64,000 nt of DNA, from the NCBI GenBank assembly GCA_951406725.2, contig OX597818.1, positions 2,542,001 to 2,606,000 of the forward strand, given 5' to 3'. Numbering within the stretch: position 1 is the stretch's first letter; every line of letters begins with the position of its first letter. The stretch comes from Octopus vulgaris (taxonomy: Eukaryota). The notes beneath the pieces are model-generated. The model did no database searches. It was not told the origin of the DNA and worked only from the letters and a program-made list of their open reading frames with translations. Shown here in pieces: positions 1 to 11,821 of this stretch. Made by a program: the position numbers and the translations under genes.

Positions 1-112
1 TAGGAAGGGCATCCAGCTGTAGAAACATTGCCAGATCAGATTGGTGCAGCCACTGGCTCTCTAGACCTCAGTCAAAACTGTCCGACCCGTGGCGGCAGCA
101 ACGGCAATGATA
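1..112 (+). mobile_element. 3' part of an abundant SINE-like repeat (AGGAAGGGCATCCAGCTGTAGAAA family)
   Basis: same motif recurs at ~12773, ~21030/21424 and ~50805. Confidence 0.6.
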
Positions 113-274
113 ATCTAGATGCAGTAGGAAATTTTATTAAGTGACTTGCATTTTCCTCAAAATTTAGACATGATAGAAAAATCTAATTATAGATTTGAAA
201 CCAGCATACCAAAATTAGCAAGGAACACCTACTTAGTCTTCTGTAACAAAACCTTTATTGCCTAGTGAATCAAC

Positions 275-1695
275 TGTTACAAGGATAAAGGTGATGCCTT
301 AGAGAGAAGTAATTATAGAAGTATCAAATTGCTAGACCAGGTCATGACAGTCACAGAAAGGGTTATAGCCCAACTAATTAAGAAGAGAGCTAACATAGAT
401 AAGATGCAGATTGTATCAGGGAGAAGTAATACTGATGCTCTCTTCACAGTAAGGCAACTGCAGGAGAAGCATTTAACCAAAAATAAAGCACTGTACTCTT
501 GGTATTTGTTGACATGGAGACAAGGTCTCTTGCTCACTCATCTGGTAGTCACTGCAGAAGTTTAGGATAGATACATGAATGGCTGGTGAGAGCCATCGAA
601 ACAATGTATAGAGGTGTTGTCAGTAAGGTGAGAGTTAGAAATGAGTATAGTAATGAATTTAATAAGTATAATAATGAATTTTAGTAGTTCACTATGGCTT
701 GATTCTCAATCACCTCTTATTTAGCATAGACCTCCAGGCTATAACAGAAGAGTTTGAGACTGTTGATAACCTTGTTCTTATAGACAAATCTATAGTAGAA
801 TAAGAAAGAAATTTCGGGTGTAGAAGCAAAACCTAGAATTAAAGGGCCTTAAAGATAACTTAGCAAAGACCAAAGTTCTAGTAAGCAAGAAAATAGGCAA
901 ATCACTAATCCCTTCAGGAAAATGGCCCTGCTCAATATGTAGAAAAGGTGTAGGTAGAAATTCCATATGGTGTATCAACTGTAAACATAAGAGGTGCAGG
1001 GCAATCATAGGAAGGTTAATAGAGAAAGCAGACTTTGGACTTTGTGTGCAGAAGATTCCTAAGAGCAATACACATGAATACAATATGAATGAAGAGGGAA
1101 TAGATTTCCTTGAATGACCAGAAGGAACCTTAGAAGTAGTAGACACTTTTGTTACCTAGGTGATCTGATTAGCAGCAGAGGAAATAGTTCTGAAAGTATA
1201 GCTGCTACAATAAGAATAGGACGGAGGAAATTCAGAGAGCTATTACCTCTGTTGGCAACAAAGGTCTCTCTCTCTCTCTCTCTCAGAATGAAAGGAACAT
1301 TGTATGATACTTGTGCAGGAACAGTAATGCTACATGGTAGTGAGATGTGGGCTGTGGATGCTGCAGACAAGTAAAGGCATGACACAAACAAAATTAGCAT
1401 GTTCCACTGACTGTGCAGCATGTACAACAAAGTATGTGCAAAGAGAGAAACTGGGCATAAGAGACATCAGATGTAGTGGGCAGAAGAAAAGACTGTGGTC
1501 ATGTGATGCATATGATGAGGACAGCTGCATACAGAAGTGCTGATCACTGAGTGTGGATGGAACCTGTGAAAAAGGAAACCCAGGATGACATTGTATGATG
1601 TAAAAAATTAATTTCAGATGTTGAGCCTTACCAATGATATGACAAAAGATTGAGATGAGTGACAATTTGCTGTGCATGAGAAAACCCGGTGATCT
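275..1695 (+). mobile_element. Decayed RTE-clade LINE (RT region with internal Cys-rich finger)
   Basis: KGDALERSNYRSIKLL, GRSNTDALFTVRQLQEKHL, WPCSICRKGVGRNSI, FCYLGDLI, VMLHGSEMW motifs across broken frames. Confidence 0.85.
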
Positions 1696-2515
1696 AAGTA
1701 AAAATGAGGCTCTAAAGCAGGGGTGTGTAGAAGACACCCAAGGTGCCATGCAGTGGGACTGAACCCAAAACATGTAGTTATGAAGCAAACTTCTGACCCC
1801 ACAACACCTTGAGATAAATCTTTACCATTTCATTCCAAAGCTTCTTCAGTCTGGCTCTCTTCCACAACACTTCTTTATACAGCTGTGCTCTTCTATACAC
1901 ATCACAAGCCCATACTAATACAGTCTTCTCCATTGCACCTTATATCTAATTCCCCTTACATCCAGTTTTTTTCTTGGCTTCTTTGTACTTTGCCATTCTG
2001 TAGATAACATTACATGGTCATTAAAACTTGCTTCATTTTTTGTCAGTCTTTACAAATTCTCTACCATGCAGCATTATATTTCATACATTAAACATCATAC
2101 AGTTCAATCTGCCCTTCACTCTGAGGTAGAGGCCCTTTGTTATCAAATGAGGTTTTACACGCACGCGCACACACACACACACTACAAATGATCACAATAT
2201 CTGGAACAATAAAAATCTGCAAGACCTTAAGATTTAAAGGATGATGAACAAAACAAGATGCTATCCTTCACAACCTTGTTACCAAGTAGGTGGTTGGTCA
2301 AAATTTACTCTAAATTAAAAAGAGAAAGAGCATACATGCATGTATGCATGCATCCATCCATCTATAAATACATACATACATACATACATTCACATCCAGT
2401 GGACGTGAATGTACAATCAAAAGTCTAAGAAAAAGAAAACATTTATGGTGAATTAATGTGAAAATGACAGCTCTTGCACCCTGACTATGAATTCTCATTT
2501 GTACCTCTTATTATA

Positions 2516-3808
2516 TGAGGGCCGTTCAATAAGTAATGCCCCTGACCCACTTCCCATAGGAGTAGAGCAACGAAACTTAGCACAGTTATTAGTCTTTTTC
2601 TACATAGGAACCACCCAGAGTTACGTATTTCTCCCATCGTTTGATGCAGCTCTGGAGACCATTTTGTAGAAGACCTCAGCTTGGTCCTCCAACCACGACG
2701 TGAATTCAGAAATCAAGGCTGCATCATCTGGGAAACGCTTTCCTTTCAAAAACAACTTCATGGATGAGTATAGGTGAAAATCAGAGGGTGCAAGGTCAGG
2801 AGAGTAGGGGGGGATGGGGGAGGAGTTCATAGCCGCACGCCTGTGCTTCTGATCTGGCGACACGCGAGTTGTGGATCGGAGCGTTGTCCTGCAGGAGGAG
2901 AATGCCTTTGCTGATCTTGCCCCGCCTCTTGATTTTGATAGCTTCTCTTAATTTCCTCAAAAGTGAAGCATAATAGGTTCCTGTAATTGTGGCACCCTTT
3001 GCCAGGAAATCTGTCATCACTACTCCGTCCTGGTCCCAGAAGACTGTGAGCATGACCTTGCCAGCGAAGGGTTGCACCCTTGCCTTCTTTGGAGGAGGTG
3101 AGTCACGGAGCTTCCACTGCATTGACTGGGCTTTGGTCTCTGGATCATAGTGATGGACCCAGCTTTCATCCTGTGTAATCAGTCTTTTGAAAAATTTTGA
3201 CTCATCTTCTTGGCACATCTCCAAATTCATCCTCGAGCACTCGACGCGTTCTTGCTTCTGGAAAGGTGTGAACAACCTGGGAATCCATCTGGCAGACACC
3301 TTTTGCATATGCAAATGGTCATGAATGATAGTTTCCACAGACCCGGTACTAATCTTGACCTGATGGGCTATTTGGCGAATTGTTATGCATCGATCTTCCA
3401 AAATGGCAGCCTCAACTTGACGGACAGATGCCTCATCAATGGCAGAAAGGAGGCGACCAGATCTGGGAGCTGTTTCCACAGAGTTCCGACCATGTTTGAA
3501 TTCACGATGCCAGTTTTTTACAAGGTCATATGATGGGGCATCATCACCATAAGTTACTTTCATTTCAGCAAAAGTCTCCCGTGGTGTGCGTCCTTTCAAA
3601 TACAAAAACCGGATCACTGCTCAACACTCAACAGGCTCCATTTCACACTTGACTCAGTTCAAACACCTGTAAATCAGAAACCACAATTAGTTCAGAGCTG
3701 TAATTTGCCACTTAATCTATAGAGATATAAATAATTGCACATGCACAATTTCAGCTAGATCAAACAACTGCAAGTGGGTCAGGGGGATTACTTATTGAAC
3801 ATCCCTCG
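2516..3808 (-). mobile_element. Full-length mariner (DD34D) DNA transposon, transposase inactivated
   Basis: TIRs (c/t)GAGGG..GTTCAATAAGTAAT.CCCCTGACCCACTT at both ends with TA at 2514-15 and 3809-10; WIPRL, ITQDESWVH, QDNAP, YSPDLAPSD motifs; nonsense TGA at 3621-23 and frameshift in the G-run near 2810. Confidence 0.95.
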
Positions 3809-4136
3809 TAGGCGCATTAGGTTATGCACCAACAAATTTGCACAAAAACCTTATATCTCCCAGTGTCTTATCTGTAATTTGTAGCTTACAAAAAATTATG
3901 AAACAATGAGCAGACAAAAGTGTTAGAAATGATATAATTAACTCATTGAAGACAGAGCTCCATAGGCTTAATCCAATAAAAGTAAGGGGAAAAGTTAATC
4001 TTCAAAGATAAAACCATTTTGTGTAATCTGCTTCACTAAGACGCAACTAATATGGAACTGTACTATTACAGTATCTACATCATTGATAGTTAATTATTGG
4101 TAACTAATGGCTAATTACTAGTACATATATATGTAT

Positions 4137-7100
4137 GTTAGTTAGTTAGTTAGTTAATTTGGCTCAAAAGCAAATAGCAAGGCCATGTAGGGGGACATGG
4201 AGTTAAGTACAGGGTGGTGTTCATGTAAAGAGTTCAGGCCACTTGAGGTCCAGGGAGGCTTTGAACAAAGCGGTCGTCAGCATCTTCACCATCTCGTCTG
4301 GCAGCTTGTTCCACAGATCCGCAACCCGGACGGAGAAAGCTCCTCTCCTTCGATTAAGATGAAATCGTCGCAGGTAGAGCTTTTCGGAATGACCCCGCAG
4401 CCGACACTCTGGAGCAGGAGTGAAGAACAGCTCTTTCGAGAGGTTACACTTTCCGCTTATGATGTTGTGGGCGAGAATGAGATCACCGCGGCGGCGGCGT
4501 TTTTCAAGAGAATAAAGGTCGAGCGTCCTCAGCCTTTCTTCGTAGGACAAATTTTTGAGACCAAGAACCATGCGGGTAGCCAGCTTCTGGACTCTTTCGA
4601 GATGCTGTATGTCTTTGAGGAGATAAGGAGAAGAGGCTTGAATCCCATACTCCAATATGGGTCTCACCAGTGTGACATAGAGTGGTAGGAATATGGCTGC
4701 CGTGAGCATTCCGAATGACCGTCGAATCAAGAACAGAATTCCGCGTGCTTTGTTGGCAGCATGGATGCACTGGGCCGAAGGCGAAAAGGAGGAATCCACC
4801 AAGATACCCAGGTCCTTTACCTGATCGGTCCTCTCCAGCAGCAGACGACCCGGCTCGAAATCAAGTTGAGTTGCAAGAGTAGAGCCGACAGGCAGATGAC
4901 AGCACTTTGACACGTTCAGACACATGACCCAATCGTTAGACCACTTCCAAATTTGGTGGAGGCATCGACGAAGAACCTCTATATTACCGCGAGGAGCGAC
5001 CAGTTTGATATCGTCGGCAAATAGAAGGGTGTGTTGCGTGAGGTCGTCGGGCAAGTCATTTATGAAGACTAAGAACAACAAGGGCCCAAGCACTGAACCT
5101 TGAGGCACGCCACTGCTCGCACTGGAGACGTCGGACCACGAACCATTAACTTGGACTTGGAAGGAGCGATCTGAGAGGAAGGCACCAACCCATCGTACAA
5201 TATCCGGATGGAAACTATATGCTTGAAGCTTGACAAGTAATAGGCGGTGGTTTACCGAGTCAAAAGCTTTGGCAAAGTCCAATAAAACGATGTCAACAGC
5301 ATCACTATCATCGAGGATGCGCGTCACCAATTCTTCCATTACTAGTAAGTTGGTCAAGCATGATCTCTTCGGCACGAAGCCGTGTTGGGAATCAGAGATA
5401 GAGGCTGTGTTTAGGAGGTGGAGCATCATACTTTTCTTAAGGATGGTTTCGAACATCTTGCTGATTATTGATGTAAGGGAAACCGGTCGGTAGTTAAGCG
5501 GGTCTTCGCGGCTCCCTTTCTTGAAAATTGGGCAGATTATCGCTGTTCTCCAGTCTGCAGGTATAACACCCGTCGCCAATGACATATTGAATAGTCGTGT
5601 TAAGGGCTCGCAGATGACCGGAGCCAACGCTTTGATAACCCGTGGGTGTATGCCGTCAGGGATGTGACCCTTGTTGACATCGAGGCCTTGAATAACACGT
5701 TTGACTTCGTCCTGCGTGATGACCAATCGAAGCATTGGAGGTACCGATCTATCAAATGGAGGGGGTTCACGACCATCATCTTGTTTGAAAATAGTTGAAA
5801 AAGCCTCGGCAAATAATTGACTCTGTTGATAAGGGTCCTCAATCGATACGCCTGTTGAGTCTACCAACGTTGCAATCTGGTTGTTCAAGCGGGAATTCCG
5901 CTGGACATGGGCAAAGAAGGTTTTTGGATTGCTACTGGCATTTGCTGCGATTTTGTATTCATAACTGAAGCGTTCTTTCTTTTCAATTTTCACGGCTCGG
6001 TCTCGTTGAGTTTTGTACACCTCAAAAGCTGCAGTCGAATCCAGATTTTTGAATTCAGCCCAAGCAATATCTCTGAGTCGACGTTCTCATTTAACCTTCT
6101 TCGTCACCCAGGGCTTGTGTTTCTTCCTCTTGGGAAGCCCAACGGGAACTGCCTGGTCAGTCAAACAGATTACATATGCTTTGAGGGATGACCATAGTTC
6201 GTCAACTGAGGACAACGTCATCAGGGATCGCCAGTCCAGAAGCGCGGAAGCCTCGGTTAGAATTTCAAGATTAATTGCAGAGAAGACTCTACGTGGCAGC
6301 GAAGTAGTCGTGGGCGTAGAAAAAGTTGTGTGCATGACGAACTTCAGGACCGTATGATCACTCTTGGCAAGAGGGGCGCACACAGATATGTCTGACACTG
6401 ATCTTGGATAGCGGGAGAATACCAGATCCAGCATAGATGGCTGCTGCCCAGACCGATGCCTTGTCGGATATTCAACATGTTGCGATAGAAAACAATCTTC
6501 AGCCACGTCAAGAAGGGCCTGACCAAACCGGGAAGATGTTGTACAAATTGATGCGGGCCAATCGATCGTGGGAGCGTTGAAGTCTCCTAGTACCAAACAG
6601 TCATGCGAAGCTGAAACGAATCTTATCGCTTCGAGTAAATGAGCATCGTCCTGGGGGTCGGCAAGAGGCGGCCTGTAGACAGCCAACACAGGCAGGCAAA
6701 ACTCAGATAGGCTCAGCTTGCAATAGACGGCATCGAATTTTGTTGTAGGTTGAGCATTAGTGGGTAGAATACCGCTGGACGGTTTGTGCTCAGACTTAAC
6801 ACACACAGCAACACCTCCACCTCGCCCTTTTCCTCTGTCACATCTGAAAAGGACGTAGCCCTGCAGGTGGATTTCTGAGTCCTTTACTGCTGGAGTCAGC
6901 CAAGTCTCGGTGATAGCTATCACATCAGGGGAGTCACGTATGGCCAGTGTAAATAGTTCACTGAACTTTGGGAATAAGGAGCACGAGTTGGTGTAGACGA
7001 TGCTGAGCTGTGAAGTCTGAGGGGCGGGAGTTGGGGAACAAGCAGAATAAGGGGTATCAGAGATAGCATCGTTGACGGGGGTATCAACTTCACTTCGATT

Positions 7101-7247
7101 TTCCCTCACATCACTTTCCCTGTCAGCACTACAGCATGGGACCAGAGGTAGGACTTGATTATCTGCCCATCTTGGATTCGTAAACCCTTCTCTCCCATTT
7201 GTTTCCTCATCTTTAGTTTGGATATTAGGTTTCTCCGACCTTGTGTC
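4137..7247 (-). mobile_element. CR1-clade LINE: end of ORF1 plus APE-RT ORF2 with one in-frame stop, (CTAA)n tail
   Basis: APE (AITETWL, VLGDFNAP, SDH) at 6087-7109 and RT (QHGF, DFAKAFD, GVPQGSVLGPLLF, FADD) at 4221-6020 share one frame, split only by TGA at 6087-89; (TTAG)n at 4138-4155. Confidence 0.95.
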
Positions 7248-8042
7248 TAATTACAAGCACAGTAAAGATATAACCCCAAGGTTAATTTAGCAGACATAAA
7301 ACAATGATGTTAACAATAAAATTAATGCATAACGATCAACACATTGTACATTAATACATAACAATTGACACATAGAGGTTAACATGTTATAACAGTTAAC
7401 CTCTTTCACATCATGTTCCACACCTACAAGCATAGGCAATCATGGATCTTCTTAGTCTGAAGATTAATGATCTTTCTTGAAGAAAAATACAACAGTGGTT
7501 TCCTGTAACCTTCTACTAATCTCTTGCTCTCTTGAGTTTGTACTTGAGACACATGGCATATTTAATCCTTAGGAAGGGAGACTGATTCATGTGAAATGAT
7601 GGTATGTCCACACACCAGTGAATCCGTGTGACACAAGTCTAGTAACCATCTCTCTTCTAAGTCCTTTATGCCTTTAGCCATTGAACCATTTTTTGCTATT
7701 TGATGCATTATTAAGTCCCTTGATAGGTACTACCACTCTGAAACTGAACAGAACCGGGAGTATGGGTGACTAAGATGTAACTCCATAGCTCCTCAGCTGG
7801 AGCCTCACTTCTGAATGCAGATTGCAGTGTTGCCCAGAACAATACATAACAAATATATAACATACAACAACAGATACCACATAAAGCAGCTAAGACATAG
7901 TGTTTAACACACTATAATAGTTAACACATTATAACAGTCAATACATTATAGAGGTTAATACATTGAAATGATATGAAACAAAGGAATTAATAGAAATAAA
8001 AGACCATGAATGCTAGCTGACTATTTATATCCAAAAGTTTAC

Positions 8043-8185
8043 CTTTGGTTTTGTGGCTACTAAACTGATATGGGATGGTATTGGAGGTAAATTCACATAA
8101 CATGAGGAAGAAACGTCTTCATTGTTTTTTGACTTTTCCATATTCTGATCAAAATTTCCAAATTTTAGTGGTTTCTCATCATAAT
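8043..8185 (-). CDS. KIAA1549-like cytoplasmic exon (DYDEKPLKFGNFDQNMEKSKNNEDVSSSCYVNLPPIPSHISLVATKPK); gene continues toward or beyond the left edge
   Basis: acceptor cttcttttttttag at 8186 is phase 1, matching the previous donor; donor AAG|gtaaac at 8042. Confidence 0.6.
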
Positions 8186-8469
8186 CTAAAAAAAAGAAGT
8201 AAACTGAATGACATATCACCAAAAAATCAGGATCAGTTGTTGCTTAAATCTATTAATTTATTGGTAAAATGCAAGAATTAATGATCTTTGTTTAATTAAT
8301 TAGATACTTTGTATGAAATGTTTTATTTTTTTAAGAACATGAATGAACATAAGTCATAAATGGGTTAAACCATGGTTGTGGGTTTAGAAGTTTGTTTCAC
8401 AATATGATTTCAGGTTCAATCTCACTGTGTGAAATCTTGGACAAGTATCTTCTATTATAGCTTTGGGTT

Positions 8470-10255
8470 AATGCTCCATCAGTGTAATTGGGACCAAAGG
8501 CCTTCTTTCATTATGCCTAAGAAACAGCCTCAATATGCTGCAAAATAGGACCCTGTCTTCCAGAATGATGGCCTCCTCACAGATAACCCAACCAAGATCA
8601 GTGAGGTACTGAATGACCATTTCAAAAGTGTCTTTACCACCCCGTACAACATAGAAAAGTAAACGAGCCAGTGGATTTCTTTGCTGCCTCACCAATAAAC
8701 AACAAGGCAGTTACAATGGATTACATTGACATTGGGGAAGAAGAAAATACTAGCCATAGATGAGGTGGATGCAGGCTCAACTGCTGGCCCTGATGGTTTC
8801 CCAGTAGTCCCCCTCAAATCATGTAAACGTGCCCTGGCAAAACCACTACAGATTTTCTTCCAGAGCTTTCTTGCAAATGGCAAGCTGCCAAGCAAGCTGA
8901 AGTAGGGAATGATATGCCCAATCCATAAAGGAGGAAGCAGAGCAGATGCCAAAACCTATAGGCCTATCTCTCTGACTTCACTCATCAGCAAAGTCATGGA
9001 ACGAATAGTCAGAGGGAAACTAATTGCATTCCTTGAAGAAAATGACTTGCTGAGTGATACCCAGCATGGCTTTCAACCAGGTAGAAGCTGCCTATCTAGC
9101 TCCTACAGCACTATGACTGGGTGTTGAAGCAGTTACTCAACAACTCAAATGTGGACGTAATATACCTTGACTTTGCAAAAGCATTTGATAAAGTTGATCA
9201 TGGTATGATATGCCACAAACTGTGTGATCTCAGCATAGCTGGACAACTCGAAGACTGGTTAATAGTGGCTCTCAGCTGCCCAAATAGCCACGCAGACAAT
9301 ATGAAAGTCTCATAGAAAATACAAAACCCTAGCGATGTTGTACACCTGCAGTAAGAGTTGGGCTCAATTTACAGATGGGCTGAGAAGAATAATATGCAGT
9401 TTAATGCTGGACAGATCCAAGCCTTGCACAACCATCACCCAAAACTGAATGTAAAACTCACAGATACACTGGCCCGAGGGGGATTACAATCCCAGAACCT
9501 AAATCAGTGTGGGACCTGGGTATCGACATGTGTGGTAATACCTCTTTCCGAATGCACATTGCCAAGATGGTGACAAAGTGCAGACGGCTGGCTGGCTGGC
9601 TGGAATCTGAGAACCTTCAGAACCAGAGAGAAAGAAACCATGATGGTCCTCTGGAGGACATTTGTCCTCAGCCACCGGAACTGCTGCTCCCAGCTATGGT
9701 CACCTCACAGTGGTAAATTAACAGTGGACCTTGAAGCAATTCAGCAAAGCTTCACGAAGAGGATCATCTCATTGCAACAGCTCAGCTACTGGGAAAGGCT
9801 GAAACAGCTAAGAATTCTACTCTCTGGAGTGAAGGCGGGAGAGATATGCAGTAATATACATCTGGAAGATCCTGGAAGGGATTACGCCAAATTTTGGCAT
9901 TGAAAGCTACACCAATGCTAGAACGAGTAGACACTGCACAGTGCCAAAAATCCTAGCAATGCCATCGCATTACAGGGCCAGTTACTGAAACAGCCTGGAT
10001 TTCAGGAGCCCACAGCTTTTTAATATTCTCCCAAAGAGCCAGAGGGACCTACACAAAGTGGATGTAGGTGCTTTCAAATCAAAACTGGATCTCTTCCAAT
10101 CAAGAGTCACAGATGAACCTACCTTGCAGTAGGAGGTGTAAATAAGGGTAGTGACATCAAACTCCCTTATTTACCACAGGAAGGTCTCAATAATAAAGGT
10201 GTAGTAAAATGGCGGTGTCCTAGCATGGCCACGGCTTTTAGCTGAAACTGATAGG
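8470..10255 (+). mobile_element. Decayed CR1/Zenon-like LINE RT and 3' end, preceded by a SINE head (~8365-8468)
   Basis: PIHKGGSR..YRPISLTS, QHGFQPGRSCL, VIYLDFAKAFDKVDH, WAEKNNMQFN, YWERLKQL motifs with stops and frameshifts. Confidence 0.85.
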
Positions 10256-10258
10256 ATG

Positions 10259-10289
<31 letters not shown>

Positions 10290-10308
10290 TATATGCATAT
10301 ATATATTC

Positions 10309-10344
<36 letters not shown>

Positions 10345-10363
10345 GTATATATATATATGTATG

Positions 10364-10394
<31 letters not shown>

Positions 10395-10555
10395 TATCGC
10401 CATACTAATATGGCATTCTTATAAAAATAAGAAAAAAGCTGTCCGCTTATTAGCTCCATGAGGCAATCGCCTTAAGTTAGCTATTTGATACACAAACTGT
10501 ATCCATATAACCTTCGAACAAGGGAGGTCAGTCGCTCCACACTACTTGACCGGCA

Positions 10556-10597
10556 GCTACAGACGCGTTTCGGGGTATTGCCCCTTTTCAATGCAGC
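10556..10597 (-). ncRNA. Minimal type I hammerhead ribozyme (U3-A8 core variant)
   Basis: minus strand GCUGCA-UUGAAAA-GGGG/CAAUA/CCCC-GAAA-CGCG-UC-UGUAGC. Confidence 0.8.
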
Positions 10598-10917
10598 GTA
10601 GCCAGCCAGTAGGTGTCGCTTCCGACAATCTCTGTTCGATGGTTTTATTTACCTAGTTTCGGTGGAATACATCCACTTGTTTTCAATAATAGAAATATTA
10701 AAATAACTAAGTCTCTCTAAAAGAGAACAGCGGCAGCGTTCCCGGAAAATAATATTTATCGCCATACTAATATGGCATTCTTATAAAAATAAGAAAAAAG
10801 CTGTCCGCTTATTAGCTCCATGAGGCAATCGCCTTAAGTTAGCTATTTGATACACAAACTGTATCCATATAACCTTCGAACAAGGGAGGTCAGTCGCTCC
10901 ACACTACTTGACCGGCA

Positions 10918-10959
10918 GCTACAGACGCGTTTCGGGGTATTGCCCCTTTTCAATGCAGC
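10918..10959 (-). ncRNA. Minimal type I hammerhead ribozyme (second tandem copy)
   Basis: identical to 10556-10597, 362 nt away. Confidence 0.8.
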
Positions 10960-11386
10960 GTAGCCAGCCAGTAGGTGTCGCTTCCGACAATCTCTGTTCG
11001 ATGGTTTTATTTACCTAGTTTCGGTGGAATACATCCGGTGGAATACCCCGAAACGTCGTCTGTAGCTGCCGGTCAAGTAGTGTGGAGCGACTGACCTCCC
11101 TTGTTCGAAGGTTATATGGATACAGTTTGTGTATCAAATAGCTAACTTAAGGCGATTGCCTCATGGAGCTAATAAGCGGACAGCTTTTTTCTTATTTTTA
11201 TAAGAATGCCATATTAGTATGGCGATAAATATTATTTTCCGGGAACGCTGCCGCTGTTCTCTTTTAGAGAGACTTAGTTATTTTAATATTTCTATTATTG
11301 AAAACAAGTGGATGTATTCCACCGAAACTAGGTAAATAAAACCATCGAACAGAGATTGTCGGAAGCGACACCTACTGGCTGGCTAC

Positions 11387-11428
11387 GCTGCATTGAAAAG
11401 GGGCAATACCCCGAAACGCGTCTGTAGC
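11387..11428 (+). ncRNA. Minimal type I hammerhead ribozyme (inverted-arm copy)
   Basis: gctgca TTGAAAA gggg caata cccc GAAA cgcg TC tgtagc; stem I extends via ctggc/gccgg. Confidence 0.8.
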
Positions 11429-11648
11429 TGCCGGTCAAGTAGTGTGGAGCGACTGACCTCCCTTGTTCGAAGGTTATATGGATACAGTTTGTGTATCAAA
11501 TAGCTAACTTAAGGCGATTGCCTCATGGAGCTAATAAGCGGACAGCTTTTTTCTTATTTTTATAAGAATGCCATATTAGTATGGCGATAAATATTATTTT
11601 CCGGGAACGCTGCCGCTGTTCTCTTTTAGAGAGACTTAGTTATTTTAA

Positions 11649-11727
<79 letters not shown>

Positions 11728-11776
11728 ATATATATATAATAGAAATATTAAAATTACTAAGTCTCTCTAAAAGAGA

Positions 11777-11818
11777 TTACATTGACAAGGGGCAAATACC
11801 CTGAAACGCGTCTGTAGC
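11777..11818 (+). ncRNA. Hammerhead variant in a short fold-back fragment of the same family (11738-11821)
   Basis: ttaca TTGACAA gggg caaata ccct GAAA cgcg TC tgtag. Confidence 0.65.
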
Positions 11819-11821
11819 TGT

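Larger units (their letters stand above)
10388..11657. mobile_element. Non-coding 362-bp tandem and inverted repeat array with hammerhead ribozymes (retrozyme / Penelope pLTR-like), embedded in (TA)n
   Basis: unit starts at 10388 and 10750 (period 362); inverts at ~11037-11046; the reverse-complement arm runs to 11657; (TA)n on both sides. Confidence 0.9.

Noticed and set aside
4197-4688. 163-aa plus-strand ORF and other ORFs antisense to LINE or mariner coding regions
   Set aside because: Shadow frames of transposon ORFs with no independent motifs
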